A stretch of DNA of 44,868 nucleotides, taken from an uncultured Mycoplasmatota bacterium (GTDB lineage Bacteria; Bacillota_I; Bacilli_A; RF39; UBA660). Of this stretch, positions 1 through 10,527 are shown piece by piece; positions within the stretch are counted from its first letter, which is position 1, and each line of letters opens with the position of its first letter. The notes below the pieces were generated by a model. That model was not told the origin of the DNA. It made no database searches and saw only the letters and a program-made list of their open reading frames with translations. The translations under genes were made by a program, and so were the position numbers. Where the stretch lies: contig CAMOFW010000001.1 of the NCBI GenBank assembly GCA_946613765.1, forward strand, positions 1-44,868. The letters run 5' to 3'.

Positions 1-67
1 TATCTCCCCTATAATAAATATAACACCATTTCAAGTATTAATCATCATTGTTGACAAAAATTTGACT

Positions 68-97
68 AAAAAAATATCAATAGTAATATTGATATTT
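68..97 (-). terminator. Rho-independent terminator after the 96..1130 gene
   Basis: On the minus strand, AAATATCAATA-TTAC-TATTGATATTT forms an 11-bp stem followed by a T-run. The stem overlaps the stop codon at 96-98. Confidence 0.7.
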
Positions 98-1130
98 ATT
101 TTTTGTTCATATATTTTGTTAATTGTCTTTCTAGTAATTTGGGATGAGTTAGTGCATCCATATCTATACCATAATGACTAAATAAATAGTCTCGTTCATA
201 TGTTTTAGAATCAATCATTAAGTTAAATATATTTTCTTTTGTTTTCTTTGGATCTTTTTTATATTGTTTATAGTAATAGTATGCTAGTAAATAACCATAA
301 GTATATCTTTCTTCAGAACAGCCAATATATTCTTGCTTTTTAAATTGATCTAGTGTACTTAAAAAGACTTTTGTTCTTAGGTTATGAGTTTTTATTACAT
401 CTTCAGTGTGAATATTATTTTGTAATAAATAATCTTCCATAACTAATTCAATAAAAATAGGATATACTTCATGCATATTATTTACAGCAAATAAATAATC
501 CTCATAGTCACTCATGTATCTCATCTTATCACCAAAGTATGTATGTATTAATTCATGAGCTAATGTTATAGAATCATCAATTAGTCGATATGGATTTAAA
601 AGTAAATAAGATTTTATAACATGATTACCAAGGAAACTTAAGCCATCATTACCTAAGTCTGCAATAATTGCTCTTGGTGAATTTGCTATGTCCTCAAAGT
701 GATCATACATATCCTGATCATAGTCTTTAAAGAACTCTCTAGTTAATTTAAAGGTTTCATCAATATTTACTATATCTTTATAAATATTATAACTTCCTAT
801 ATTATATTTTCTTCTAATGTAAGGTGCTATTTGAGTAATCTTCTTATTAAAATCTTTATATTCTTGTGCATAGTAAACATAATCTTTTGCCATTCTAATT
901 ATTAATTTATCATTTTCTTGTTCATACTTACTTTTTTCAAATAAATATTCTTTAGGATATTTAATATCAAAACCTGCTGTGTTGACTACTTTTTCAAGAT
1001 TTTCTAAAGCTAATAATAGTCTATGTACTCTTGTTGCACTTGTGGTTCTTTTTAGTTCTTCAATAATCTTATATATATCCCTTTGTATGTATTCTGCTAC
1101 ATCTATACTATGTTGATTATTTTTGTTCAT
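96..1130 (-). CDS. Putative zinc metallopeptidase, truncated M3/PepF-like (HExxH)
   Basis: The 344-aa ORF contains LAHELIHTYF (HExxH). About 30 aa downstream, MHEVYPIFIE resembles the M3B third-ligand segment (AEvaStfnE). No signal peptide is present. Confidence 0.5.
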   Translation of the reverse strand: MNKNNQHSIDVAEYIQRDIYKIIEELKRTTSATRVHRLLLALENLEKVVNTAGFDIKYPKEYLFEKSKYEQENDKLIIRMAKDYVYYAQEYKDFNKKITQIAPYIRRKYNIGSYNIYKDIVNIDETFKLTREFFKDYDQDMYDHFEDIANSPRAIIADLGNDGLSFLGNHVIKSYLLLNPYRLIDDSITLAHELIHTYFGDKMRYMSDYEDYLFAVNNMHEVYPIFIELVMEDYLLQNNIHTEDVIKTHNLRTKVFLSTLDQFKKQEYIGCSEERYTYGYLLAYYYYKQYKKDPKKTKENIFNLMIDSKTYERDYLFSHYGIDMDALTHPKLLERQLTKYMNKK

Positions 1131-1158
1131 AATTATCTCCTTGTTGGAGATAATTATA

Positions 1159-2259
1159 TTATACGTTGAATCTAAATAATACTATATCTCCATCTTGCAT
1201 TTCGTAATCTTTTCCTTCAAGTCTTAATTTTCCTGCTTCTTTTACTTTTAATTCTGATCCGTATTCCTTTAGATCGTCAAATGATTGTACTTCAGCTTTA
1301 ATAAATCCTCTTTGGAAATCTGTATGAATAATACCAGCACATTCTGGTGCTTTCATACCATTTTTAAATGTCCATGCACGACATTCATCTTTACCTACAG
1401 TAAAGAATGTTTTTAATCCAAGTAATTCATATGTTGCAAAAATTAATTTATCTAAACCAGAGTTTTCTACTCCGATATCTTGTAAGAATAGTTTCTTGTC
1501 ATCATCAGATAGTTCAGCAAGTTCTGATTCCATTTGACACGACATAACTACAACTTGTGAACCTTCTTGAGATGCAAATTCTTTAACTATTTGTGAATAG
1601 TTATTTCCACCTACTGCTACATCATCTTCACCAACATTTGCTACATAAATGATTGGTTTTAATGTAATAAGATTAAAGTTCTTTAGTAGTAATAATTCAT
1701 CATCAGTTAAATCTATTCTTCTTAAAGGTAGATTTTTGTTTAATGCTTCTGAGCATTTCTTTAAGGTATTATATTCAAATAATACTTCTTTTTCTTTTGA
1801 TGTTTGTGCTTTCTTTTCTATTTTAGATATTCTTTGATCTACTATTTCCATATCTGAAAATATTAATTCTAAATCAATTATTTCAATATCTCTTAGAGGA
1901 TTAGTATCTCCTTCAACATGAATAATATCTGAATTATCAAAGCATCTTACTACTTCAACAATAGCATCTGTTTCTCTAATATGAGATAAAAATTTATTTC
2001 CTAAACCTTCACCTTTAGATGCACCTTTAACTAATCCTGCTATATCAGTAAATTCATATGTAGTTGGAATAGTTCTTTCAGGCATATATAGTTTTTCTAA
2101 AAAATCTAATCTTGAATCAGGTACTGTTACTACACCTACATTTGGATCTATAGTAGCAAATGGATAGTTTGCTGCTAGAATATTTTTCTTTGTTATTGCG
2201 TTGAATAATGTTGATTTACCAACGTTAGGTAAACCTACGATTCCTGCCTTTAACGCCAT
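1159..2259 (-). CDS. ychF: Ribosome-binding ATPase YchF
   Basis: N-terminus is MALKAGIVGLPNVGKSTLFNAIT (P-loop). The C-terminal TGS-like end reads DGDIVLFRFNV. Length is the typical 366 aa. Confidence 0.97.
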   Translation of the reverse strand: MALKAGIVGLPNVGKSTLFNAITKKNILAANYPFATIDPNVGVVTVPDSRLDFLEKLYMPERTIPTTYEFTDIAGLVKGASKGEGLGNKFLSHIRETDAIVEVVRCFDNSDIIHVEGDTNPLRDIEIIDLELIFSDMEIVDQRISKIEKKAQTSKEKEVLFEYNTLKKCSEALNKNLPLRRIDLTDDELLLLKNFNLITLKPIIYVANVGEDDVAVGGNNYSQIVKEFASQEGSQVVVMSCQMESELAELSDDDKKLFLQDIGVENSGLDKLIFATYELLGLKTFFTVGKDECRAWTFKNGMKAPECAGIIHTDFQRGFIKAEVQSFDDLKEYGSELKVKEAGKLRLEGKDYEMQDGDIVLFRFNV

Positions 2260-2287
2260 GTTATCACTTCCTTAATTGTCATTTAAT

Positions 2288-2316
2288 ATTATAATGATTT
2301 TTGCCTTATTTATCAA
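2288..2316 (-). promoter_or_regulatory. Sigma-A type promoter for ychF
   Basis: The minus strand reads TTGATA, a 17-nt spacer, then TATAAT. An AAGGAAGTGA RBS precedes the ATG at 2259. Confidence 0.65.
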
Positions 2317-2317
2317 T

Positions 2318-2349
2318 AAAAAAATTAGAATTAAACTAATTCTAATTTT
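2318..2349 (-). terminator. Rho-independent terminator after rplQ (end of alpha operon)
   Basis: On the minus strand, AAAATTAGAATT-AGTTT-AATTCTAATTTT is a perfect 12-bp stem followed by TTTATTG. It overlaps the rplQ stop codon. Confidence 0.7.
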
Positions 2350-2675
2350 ACTTCTAAAGCGTCGTCTCCAACTCTTTCTTTTAATTTGATGATTCTTGTA
2401 TATCCACCATTTCTAGTAGCATACTTTTTAGCTAATTCATCAAATAATTTATTAACAAGGTCTTTATCATTGTGTAAGAAAGCAAGTGCTTTTCTTCTTG
2501 ATACTAAAGTACCTTTCTTACCATAAGAGATCATCTTTTCAACATATTTTCTAGCTTCTTTTGCTCTTGCATCAGTAGTTACAACATATCCGTGTTCAAT
2601 AACGCTCTTAGTAAGACTTGCTAATATACTTCTTCTGATTCTTGTTTCTCTATTAAGTTTTCTATAAATAGCCAT
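2331..2675 (-). CDS. rplQ: 50S ribosomal protein L17
   Basis: The 114-aa product carries the L17 signature (RKLNR...GGYTRIIKL) and lies after rpoA, its conserved position. Confidence 0.98.
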   Translation of the reverse strand: MAIYRKLNRETRIRRSILASLTKSVIEHGYVVTTDARAKEARKYVEKMISYGKKGTLVSRRKALAFLHNDKDLVNKLFDELAKKYATRNGGYTRIIKLKERVGDDALEVKLELV

Positions 2676-2692
2676 AGCAGTTTACCTCCTTA

Positions 2693-3643
2693 CTAATCTT
2701 GGAACTTAAGTCCCATTTCTTTAACTTTATCTATAACTTCTTTTAATGATTTTTTACCTAAGTTTCTAATCTTAGTAACTTCAACTTCTTTTTTGTTGAT
2801 TAAGTCTTGAACTGTATTAATTCCAGCTCTCTTTAAGCAATTATAAGCTCTTACTGAGAATTCAATTTCTTCAATAGGAGTTTCTAATGTCTTAGTAATT
2901 GTGTCTTCTTGTTTTTCAGACATCATTTCAGGAATGTTAGTAATATTATTTAAATCACAAACAATATTTAAATGTTCAATTAAAATCTTAGCAGCTAAAG
3001 CAATAGCTTCTTCTGGTTTTAATGATCCATTTGTATAAACATCCATAATTAATTTATCAAAATTTTCATTTTGACCAACTCTAGTTGGAACTGGTTCAAA
3101 TGCTATTCTTTCAACTGGAGAATAGTTTGAATCAATTGCAATAACTCCAACAGTTCCATCAACTAATTTTTGATTTTCTTTTGCATCAACATATCCACGA
3201 CCATTATTAACAGTCATTTCCATTTCAATTGATCCACCTTTAACAAGTGTACAAATTACTTGATCAGGGTTTATGATTTCTAAATCAGAATCTACTTCGA
3301 TGTCACCAGCTGTAACAACACCCTCTTTGTCAGCCTTTAATGTAACCTTTTTAGTAGTATTTCTGTCTGTTGAGTGATTTAATAAAACTACACTCTTTAA
3401 ATTTAGTACTATTGAAGTAACATCTTCAACAACACCTTCGATTTTTTGGAATTCATGCATAACTCCTGTAATTTTTACAGATGTGATTGCAGTTCCTGGC
3501 ATTGAAGATAACATAACTCTTCTTAGAGCTGTTCCTAATGTTTGAGCAAATCCTCTTTCTAATGGAGAGAATTCAAATCTTCCATAGTGTGCATCTTCAA
3601 TATATTCAGTTATTTTGTATTCTGGTTTTTCAAATTTTATCAT
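2693..3643 (-). CDS. rpoA: DNA-directed RNA polymerase alpha subunit
   Basis: The 316-aa product starts MIKFEKPEY..., contains GFAQTLGTALRRVMLSS, and has a C-terminal domain reading ELSVRAYNCLKRAGI. Confidence 0.98.
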   Translation of the reverse strand: MIKFEKPEYKITEYIEDAHYGRFEFSPLERGFAQTLGTALRRVMLSSMPGTAITSVKITGVMHEFQKIEGVVEDVTSIVLNLKSVVLLNHSTDRNTTKKVTLKADKEGVVTAGDIEVDSDLEIINPDQVICTLVKGGSIEMEMTVNNGRGYVDAKENQKLVDGTVGVIAIDSNYSPVERIAFEPVPTRVGQNENFDKLIMDVYTNGSLKPEEAIALAAKILIEHLNIVCDLNNITNIPEMMSEKQEDTITKTLETPIEEIEFSVRAYNCLKRAGINTVQDLINKKEVEVTKIRNLGKKSLKEVIDKVKEMGLKFQD

Positions 3644-3661
3644 ATCATTACCCCTCTTTCC

Positions 3662-4045
3662 TTAAATTCTTGGTCTTTTTGGTGGACGACATCCATTGTG
3701 TGGTACTGGTGTTACATCGCTAATTGATGTGATTTCTAGACCTGCAGCTTGAAGTCCTCTAATTGAACTTTCTCTACCTTGACCTAAACCTGTAACAATA
3801 ACTTCTACTTTTTTAACTCCTGAATCCATAGATGCTTTTCCAGCAGCTTCAGCAGCCATTTGAGCAGCATATGCAGTTTTCTTCTTAGAACCTTTATATC
3901 CAATAGTTCCAGATGATGCCCAAGCAATTACATTACCATCGTTGTCAGTAATAGAAATTACTGAGTTGTTATAAGATGTTTTAATATGAGCTTGTGCTTC
4001 AGGAATATTCTTTTTAACTTTTCTTTTTCTTCTATTATAAGCCAT
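3662..4045 (-). CDS. rpsK: 30S ribosomal protein S11
   Basis: The 127-aa product ends ...[16 protein letters not shown], as S11 does. Confidence 0.98.
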   Translation of the reverse strand: MAYNRRKRKVKKNIPEAQAHIKTSYNNSVISITDNDGNVIAWASSGTIGYKGSKKKTAYAAQMAAEAAGKASMDSGVKKVEVIVTGLGQGRESSIRGLQAAGLEITSISDVTPVPHNGCRPPKRPRI

Positions 4046-4056
4046 AATTTAACCTC

Positions 4057-4431
4057 CTACTTACCTGCTTTTTTCTTATTAGCAACAACTTTTCCTTTAC
4101 CTTTTCTAGTCTTAGCATTTCTAGATGTTCTTTGACCACGAACTGGTAAACCTTTTTTGTGTCTAATACCTTGGTATGAGTTAATTTCCATCTTATTCTT
4201 GATGCTTAATTGAACATCTCTTCTAAGATCTCCTTCAACTTCATATTTATCTATTTCTGCTCTTAAAGCAGCGATTTGAGCTTCAGTTAATTCAGCTACT
4301 TTAGTAGTTCTTTCAACTTTAGCGTCATCACAAATTTTTTCTGCTAATTTTCTACCAATACCATAAATTGCAGTTAAACCAATAACGATATGTTTTTGAT
4401 TTGGTAATTCAATATTCTTAATACGTGCCAT
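4057..4431 (-). CDS. rpsM: 30S ribosomal protein S13
   Basis: The 124-aa product starts MARI... and contains IYGIGRKLAEKI and YQGIRHKKGLPVRGQRT. Confidence 0.98.
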   Translation of the reverse strand: MARIKNIELPNQKHIVIGLTAIYGIGRKLAEKICDDAKVERTTKVAELTEAQIAALRAEIDKYEVEGDLRRDVQLSIKNKMEINSYQGIRHKKGLPVRGQRTSRNAKTRKGKGKVVANKKKAGK

Positions 4432-4446
4432 TTAATTTACCTCCTA

Positions 4447-4560
4447 TTAACCTTGTACTTGTTTGTGTTTAGGGTTTTCACAAATAACCATTACTTTTCC
4501 ATGTCTTTTAATAACTTTACATTTTTCGCACATCTTTTTAACTGATGGTCTTTTTTTCAT
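4447..4560 (-). CDS. rpmJ: 50S ribosomal protein L36 (not in supplied ORF track, below length cutoff)
   Basis: Manual translation gives [37 protein letters not shown], 37 aa with a CxxC...C...H zinc ribbon. It sits between infA and rpsM, the canonical position. Confidence 0.95.
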   Translation of the reverse strand: MKKRPSVKKMCEKCKVIKRHGKVMVICENPKHKQVQG

Positions 4561-4577
4561 AAATAATTCCTCCTTGA

Positions 4578-4802
4578 TTATCTATTATTCCATATTATAC
4601 GCCCATGTTTAATATCGTAAGGCGATAGTTCTATAGTAACTGTATCACCTGGTAAAATACGAATCATGTTCATACGCATTTTACCAGAAACATAGGCTTC
4701 TACAGTATGCTTATTTGGAAGTTCTACGATGTAACTTCCGCCTTTTAGTACTTCTAGTACTTTTCCTTCAACTTCAATTTTTTCGCTATCTTTCTTAGCC
4801 AT
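4578..4802 (-). CDS. infA: Translation initiation factor IF-1
   Basis: The 74-aa S1-like OB-fold product contains [17 protein letters not shown]...RILPGDTV. Confidence 0.97.
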   Translation of the reverse strand: MAKKDSEKIEVEGKVLEVLKGGSYIVELPNKHTVEAYVSGKMRMNMIRILPGDTVTIELSPYDIKHGRIIWNNR

Positions 4803-4805
4803 ATT

Positions 4806-5552
4806 TTATTCTCCTGTCAAAATTTCATATCCATCGTCCAATACTAATACAGTATGTTCGAAATGAGCTGAATTTTCACCGTCTGCAGTTATAACTGTCC
4901 AATCATCATCAAGCAAATATACATGCTTTGTACCTAAGTTTAACATAGGTTCAATAGCAAGTGTCATTCCTGCTTTTAGTGTTAATCCTGTTCCCTCTTT
5001 TCCAAAGTTTGGAACGTCTGGATCTTCATGTAATTCTGTTCCAATACCATGTCCACATAACTCTTCAACTACAGATAAACCGTGTTCATGAGCATATGTT
5101 TCTATAGCATGAGATACAGTACCTAATTTAGCTCCAGCTTTTACTTCAGCTAGACCTGCCATTAAAGCACCTTTTGTGTTATCAAGTAATTCTTGATCAC
5201 GCTTTGATATTGTTCCAACTGGATAGGTAGCAGCACTATCTGAGTGATATCCTTTATAAGACATACAAATGTCTAACGAAACGATATCTCCATCTTCTAA
5301 TACTCTATCACTACCTATTCCATGAACAACTTCATCATTTACTGAAATACAGATATTATTAGGATAACCTTCGTATCCTTTAGATGATGATATGCATCCA
5401 TGTTCTTCAATGAACTTTCCTGCTAAATCATCAATCTCTTTTGTAGTAATACCTGGTTTTAGTTTAGTCTCTAAGTACTTATGGCATAGATAGTTAATAT
5501 GTCCAGCAATTTTCATTAATTCGATTTCTCTATCACTTTTAATACTAACCAT
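4806..5552 (-). CDS. map: Methionine aminopeptidase type I
   Basis: The 248-aa product has the metal-ligand motifs VVHGIG, DIVSLD, GHGIG and EHTVLV. Confidence 0.97.
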   Translation of the reverse strand: MVSIKSDREIELMKIAGHINYLCHKYLETKLKPGITTKEIDDLAGKFIEEHGCISSSKGYEGYPNNICISVNDEVVHGIGSDRVLEDGDIVSLDICMSYKGYHSDSAATYPVGTISKRDQELLDNTKGALMAGLAEVKAGAKLGTVSHAIETYAHEHGLSVVEELCGHGIGTELHEDPDVPNFGKEGTGLTLKAGMTLAIEPMLNLGTKHVYLLDDDWTVITADGENSAHFEHTVLVLDDGYEILTGE

Positions 5553-5556
5553 TAAA

Positions 5557-6204
5557 CTAAATTACCCTTTCAATATTATTAGCTATACTATCAAAATCTT
5601 GAGTTGAATCGATAGTAACTAGCTTATTTTTATCTTTATAGTAGTCTAGTACTGATTCAGTTTCCTTCATATAATTATCGAATCTTATCTTGAATGTTTC
5701 TTCGTTGTCATCACTTCTAGTAATTAATGAAGTACCACAATCATCACATACACCGTCTACTTTAGGCTTAAATTCAGTTGAATTCTTATTATATCCTTTC
5801 TTACAGTTAGGACAAATAAGTCGACTTAAAGTACGATTTAACGCCTCTTCAAAATTAATTTGTAAATATATTACCACATAATCACTAATATTTAAATCAT
5901 TAAATAATTTATCAAGTGTTTTAGCTTGTAATATATTTCTAGGATAACCATCTAAGATAAACTTAGATGATGTTCCTAGTTCATTTAATTTATTTTGTAA
6001 TAATTCTAAGACAATATCATCGCCAACTAATCCACCAGAATCCATGATAGCGGCAATTCTATTACTTAGTTCATCACCTTTAATTCTTGCTTCTCGAAGT
6101 AAATCACCAGTTGAAACATGATTATAGTTAAATTTACTTTTTAAATACTCACTGCATGTACCTTTACCGGCAGCAGGAGGAGCAACAAAAATTACATTTT
6201 TCAT
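5557..6204 (-). CDS. adk: Adenylate kinase (zinc-lid type)
   Basis: P-loop GPPAAGKGT-like sequence APPAAGKGT is present. The lid carries CPNC...CDDC. Length is 215 aa. Confidence 0.97.
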   Translation of the reverse strand: MKNVIFVAPPAAGKGTCSEYLKSKFNYNHVSTGDLLREARIKGDELSNRIAAIMDSGGLVGDDIVLELLQNKLNELGTSSKFILDGYPRNILQAKTLDKLFNDLNISDYVVIYLQINFEEALNRTLSRLICPNCKKGYNKNSTEFKPKVDGVCDDCGTSLITRSDDNEETFKIRFDNYMKETESVLDYYKDKNKLVTIDSTQDFDSIANNIERVI

Positions 6205-7463
6205 CTTCTTCTATAGCCTTTCTTATAACTTCTACTTCTAATTGAGCTTTCGATTTGTTTGTTAGTTTCTATTGCAACACCAACAACGATTAAAAGTCCT
6301 GTTCCTCCGATAGTTACTGCACTAGATAGTCCAGAGAACTTAGAGAATAGTATTGGAAGTATAGCTATAATAACTAATAGAATTGATCCAACAAAAGTTA
6401 TTCTTCCTAATACTTTAGAAATATAATTTGTTGTTTCTGTTCCTGGTCTTACTCCAGGAATATATCCACCACTCTTATTTAAATTTTTAGACATTTCTTC
6501 AGGGTTCATTTGTAACATTGTGTAGAAATATCCAAAGAACATAATTAGTGCAATATATAATACTAAACCAGTCCATGAAGTGTAATTGATATAGTTATTA
6601 ACAAAATCAATAGCACCTTGATTATTAATTAAATTAACAATAGTTACTGGAATAGTGATTAATGTTGATGCAAAAATAACTGGAATTACATTAGCACTAT
6701 TTAGTTTTATTGGTAAGAATGATTGTTCAGAACTATACGCAGTGTTAGTTCTATTTGAATATTGGATTGGTATTCTTCTTTCAGCTAATTGAGTATAAAC
6801 AATACCAACAATAATTAATAAGTTAACTAATACAAATACACTAAATAATATAATACCAATTACATTTGTATATGTTCCGCTTAAAATTAATTCATTGAAA
6901 GCAGTAGCAAATATATTTGGCATTGATTGGATGATACCAGCCATGATTAATAATGACATACCATTACCAATACCTTTATTAGTTATTTGATCGCTCATCC
7001 AAATTAGGAAACATGTTCCTGCTGTCATAACTAAAGTAGTCTTTAATATTTCAGCAGAAGTCATACCCTTCATGTAAGCGATAGTTAATACATAAGCTTG
7101 AATAAATGCAAATATAATACCTAACCATCTAGTAATCTTATTAATCTTTTGTCTTCCTGTATATCCTTCTTCCTTTAATTCTTTAAAGTATGGAATAATA
7201 TCCATTTGAAGAAGTTGGGTAATAATTGATGCTGTAATGTAAGGTGATACACCAAGTGCAAAGATTGAGAATGACTTTAGTCCACCACCTGACATTAAGT
7301 TAAATATTTCTAAGAAACCAAGTTCTTGATATATTGTATTAGCCCAAGGAATTGTTATTGTTGTTCCGAAAGCAAATATACCAACACACAATAATGTGAA
7401 ATATATTCTTTTTCTTAAATCCTTATTAGATGAGTTAAATATTTGCTTGATGTTTGCAAACAT
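6201..7463 (-). CDS. secY: Preprotein translocase subunit SecY
   Basis: The 420-aa polytopic membrane protein contains GVSPYITASII and overlaps adk by 4 nt (ATGA). Confidence 0.97.
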   Translation of the reverse strand: MFANIKQIFNSSNKDLRKRIYFTLLCVGIFAFGTTITIPWANTIYQELGFLEIFNLMSGGGLKSFSIFALGVSPYITASIITQLLQMDIIPYFKELKEEGYTGRQKINKITRWLGIIFAFIQAYVLTIAYMKGMTSAEILKTTLVMTAGTCFLIWMSDQITNKGIGNGMSLLIMAGIIQSMPNIFATAFNELILSGTYTNVIGIILFSVFVLVNLLIIVGIVYTQLAERRIPIQYSNRTNTAYSSEQSFLPIKLNSANVIPVIFASTLITIPVTIVNLINNQGAIDFVNNYINYTSWTGLVLYIALIMFFGYFYTMLQMNPEEMSKNLNKSGGYIPGVRPGTETTNYISKVLGRITFVGSILLVIIAILPILFSKFSGLSSAVTIGGTGLLIVVGVAIETNKQIESSIRSRSYKKGYRRR

Positions 7464-7464
7464 G

Positions 7465-7908
7465 TTAAATCACCTCAGTTTTACCACCGGCATTTTCAAT
7501 TTTTGTAACTGCTGTACTAGAGAATCTATTAGCTTTAACAGTTAATTTCTTCTTAAGTTCACCATTTGCAAGAACTTTAACACCAGAAAGTTGTTTTTTA
7601 ATAATCCCCATTTCTTTTAAAATTTCAGGAGTAACAACATCACCGTCTTTGAAGAATTTATCTAAATCACTTAAATTGATTGTAGCAAATTTAACTTCAA
7701 ATCTCTTGTTATTAAATCCTCTTTTTGGAATTCTTCTATATAATGGTGTTTGACCACCTTGGAACCATGCAGAAATAGATACACCACTTCTTGCTTTTTG
7801 TCCTTTTTCACCGTGTCCAGCAGTTTTACCTGTACCAGATGCTGGTCCACGTCCTAATCTTTTATTTGCTTTTGCTTCAGGTAGAGCATTTAATTCATGT
7901 AACTTCAT
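7465..7908 (-). CDS. rplO: 50S ribosomal protein L15
   Basis: The 147-aa product starts MKLHEL... and contains GRGPASGTGKTAGHGEKGQKARSG. Confidence 0.98.
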   Translation of the reverse strand: MKLHELNALPEAKANKRLGRGPASGTGKTAGHGEKGQKARSGVSISAWFQGGQTPLYRRIPKRGFNNKRFEVKFATINLSDLDKFFKDGDVVTPEILKEMGIIKKQLSGVKVLANGELKKKLTVKANRFSSTAVTKIENAGGKTEVI

Positions 7909-7909
7909 A

Positions 7910-8413
7910 TTATAATTCCTCTACTTTCTTTCCACGTAATTCAGCAATATGTTCTGGAGTTCTTTGCATCTTTAATGCTTCTAAAGTAGCTTTAGCAACA
8001 TTGATCTTTGTATTTGATCCTAAAGATTTAGCAACGATATCTTTAACACCAGCAAGTTCTAATACAGCACGTGCAGAACCACCGGCTACTACTCCTGTAC
8101 CTTCTTTAGCAGGTTTAAGCATAACTTTAGCTCTACCTACTTTAGCGATTGCATCATGTGGAATTGTTCTATTATCAATGATTGAAACTCTAAATACGTT
8201 TTTATTTGCTGCTTGAAGAGCTTTTTTAATAGCTTCTGGAACTTCGTTAGCTTTACCATTACCAAGACCAACTAGACCTTTTCTATTACCTACAACAACT
8301 GTTGCAGAGAATCTAAAATGTCTACCACCCTTAGTAACTTTAGTAACTCTACCAATAGATATTACTTGATCTTCTAATAAATTTTTCTTATTTTCAAATT
8401 TTTCTCTTGCCAT
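7910..8413 (-). CDS. rpsE: 30S ribosomal protein S5
   Basis: The 167-aa product contains [21 protein letters not shown]. Its stop lies 1 nt from the rplO start. Confidence 0.98.
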   Translation of the reverse strand: MAREKFENKKNLLEDQVISIGRVTKVTKGGRHFRFSATVVVGNRKGLVGLGNGKANEVPEAIKKALQAANKNVFRVSIIDNRTIPHDAIAKVGRAKVMLKPAKEGTGVVAGGSARAVLELAGVKDIVAKSLGSNTKINVAKATLEALKMQRTPEHIAELRGKKVEEL

Positions 8414-8424
8414 AATATCTCTCC

Positions 8425-8781
8425 TTAAAATTCCAATCCGTTTTCTCTTGCAGCTTCAGCTAAAGCTTCAACACGTCCATGATATAGGTATCCACCTCTA
8501 TCAAAAACTACTTTTTTGATTTTAGCTTTTTTAGCTTTTTCAGCAATATCTTTTCCTACTAATTTAGCAGCTTCTACATTTCCACCATTTTTAATTTTTA
8601 GTTCTACAGAAGAAGAGCTAACTAAGGTATTACCTTTAGTATCATCGATAATTTGAGCAAATATATTTTCGTTTGATCTAAATACGTTTAATCTTGGCAT
8701 TTCAGCAGTACCAGAAACTTTATTTCTAACTCTTGAATGTCTTCTTAAACGTGCAACGTTATTTGATTCTTTCTTTATCAT
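8425..8781 (-). CDS. rplR: 50S ribosomal protein L18
   Basis: The 118-aa product contains [18 protein letters not shown] and [12 protein letters not shown]. Confidence 0.98.
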   Translation of the reverse strand: MIKKESNNVARLRRHSRVRNKVSGTAEMPRLNVFRSNENIFAQIIDDTKGNTLVSSSSVELKIKNGGNVEAAKLVGKDIAEKAKKAKIKKVVFDRGGYLYHGRVEALAEAARENGLEF

Positions 8782-8799
8782 AATCTTTTACCTCCTACC

Positions 8800-9339
8800 T
8801 TATTTAGCTGCTTTCTTACCAACTTTACGTCTAACGTATTCGCCTTTGTATCTTATACCTTTACCTTTGTATGGTTCTGGTGGTCTAATACCACGAAGCT
8901 TAGCAGCAAAGTCTGCAACTGATTTTTTAGAAATACCTGAAATTGAAATTTCAGTATTTGATGTTTGACTTACTTTTAAGTCTGCTGGAATTTCGATTTC
9001 TACTGGATGAGAGAAACCTGCAGTAATTCCAACTTTGTTACCTGCAACATTAAATCTGTAACCAACACCGATAGCTTCAAGATCTTTTGTATATCCATCT
9101 TTAACACCAATCATCATATTGTTGATTAATGAATTTGTTGTTCCATGTAATTGTTTTGTTGTTTTTAATTCATTTGGTCTAGTAGTGTATACTTGACCTT
9201 CTTTAACTTCAACTTTAATTGGTTCTTTAACAGTTAATGTTAATTCACCTTTAGGACCTTTAACTGTAACTAAATTACCATCAACGTTAACTTCAACGCC
9301 TTCAGCAACTTTTAATATTCTATTACCTATTCTACTCAT
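8800..9339 (-). CDS. rplF: 50S ribosomal protein L6
   Basis: The 179-aa product starts MSRIGNR and contains PEPYKGKGIRYKGE. Confidence 0.98.
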   Translation of the reverse strand: MSRIGNRILKVAEGVEVNVDGNLVTVKGPKGELTLTVKEPIKVEVKEGQVYTTRPNELKTTKQLHGTTNSLINNMMIGVKDGYTKDLEAIGVGYRFNVAGNKVGITAGFSHPVEIEIPADLKVSQTSNTEISISGISKKSVADFAAKLRGIRPPEPYKGKGIRYKGEYVRRKVGKKAAK

Positions 9340-9356
9340 AACTTAGTTTCCTTAAC

Positions 9357-9752
9357 TTACCAAATGTAAGCAAGTACTTCACCTCCTAAATTATTTTCTC
9401 TAGCTTCTTTATCAGTCATTAATCCTTTTGAAGTTGATAATATAGCGATTCCAAGTCCGTTTAGAACACGAGGAACGTTATCAGCTTTAACATAAACTCT
9501 TAATCCAGATTTAGAAATTCTCTTTAAGCCAGTAATAACTCTTTCTTTCTTTTCTCCGTATTTTAAAGTAATGTTTAATTTATCACCATTAGTGTTTTTT
9601 TGATATTCGAAGTCTTCGATGAAACCTTCTCTCTTAAGAATTTCAGCAATTCCTAAATTGATTTTAGTTCCGATTACTTCAACATTATTATATTTCATAA
9701 CTAGAGCATTTCTCATTCTAGTTAGCATATCTGCAATACTATCATTTACCAT
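9357..9752 (-). CDS. rpsH: 30S ribosomal protein S8
   Basis: The 131-aa product contains [13 protein letters not shown] and ends GGEVLAYIW. Confidence 0.98.
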   Translation of the reverse strand: MVNDSIADMLTRMRNALVMKYNNVEVIGTKINLGIAEILKREGFIEDFEYQKNTNGDKLNITLKYGEKKERVITGLKRISKSGLRVYVKADNVPRVLNGLGIAILSTSKGLMTDKEARENNLGGEVLAYIW

Positions 9753-9770
9753 AACTTTGTTCCTCCTTTC

Positions 9771-9956
9771 CTACCAACTTGATTTTCTAACACCAGGAAT
9801 TTGTCCTTGATTTGCTAATTCTCTAAAGCAAATACGACATAATCCATATTTTCTAAGTACTCCGTGAGGTCTTCCACATCTGTTGCATCTTGTATATGCA
9901 CGAGTAGAGAACTTAGGAGTTCTTTGTTGTTTTACAACCATACTTTTCTTAGCCAT
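9771..9956 (-). CDS. rpsN: 30S ribosomal protein S14, short zinc-binding type Z
   Basis: The 61-aa product has CNRCGRPHG and CRICFRE (two CxxC pairs) and ends ...KSSW. Confidence 0.97.
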   Translation of the reverse strand: MAKKSMVVKQQRTPKFSTRAYTRCNRCGRPHGVLRKYGLCRICFRELANQGQIPGVRKSSW

Positions 9957-9970
9957 AATTTATATTCCTC

Positions 9971-10510
9971 CTACTTTCTAAATGGAAGTCCGAAAGCACT
10001 TAATAATGCTAGACCTTCTTCATTTGTTTTTGCAGTTGTAACAAATACGATATCCATACCGATTACTTGTAATACTGCATCATAATCTATTTCTGGGAAA
10101 ATTAATTGTTCTTTAACTCCTAGAGTATAGTTACCTTTTCCATCAAATGCAGTTTTAGAGATACCTCTAAAATCTCTTACACGTGGAAGAGCAATTCTAA
10201 CTAATTTTTCTAAGAAGTTGTACATATTTTCACCACGAAGTGTTACTTTACAACCAATTGATTGTCCTTCTCTAATTTTGAAACCAGCGATTGATTTCTT
10301 AGCTTTAGTAACTACAGCCTTTTGACCAGCGATAGCTTCTAAATCTTTAATAGCAGCTTCAATGTATTTTTCATCGTGTGCAGCTTCTCCTACACCCATG
10401 TTAATAACAATTTTTTCTAGTTTAGGAACTTCCATAACACTAGCATAATTAAATTGATCCATTAAAGATTTAGAGATTTCTTTATTATATTTTTCTTTTA
10501 ACATACTCAT
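9971..10510 (-). CDS. rplE: 50S ribosomal protein L5
   Basis: The 179-aa product shows the L5 motifs in order: [18 protein letters not shown]. Confidence 0.98.
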   Translation of the reverse strand: MSMLKEKYNKEISKSLMDQFNYASVMEVPKLEKIVINMGVGEAAHDEKYIEAAIKDLEAIAGQKAVVTKAKKSIAGFKIREGQSIGCKVTLRGENMYNFLEKLVRIALPRVRDFRGISKTAFDGKGNYTLGVKEQLIFPEIDYDAVLQVIGMDIVFVTTAKTNEEGLALLSAFGLPFRK

Positions 10511-10527
10511 TTATAGTTCCTCCTAAC

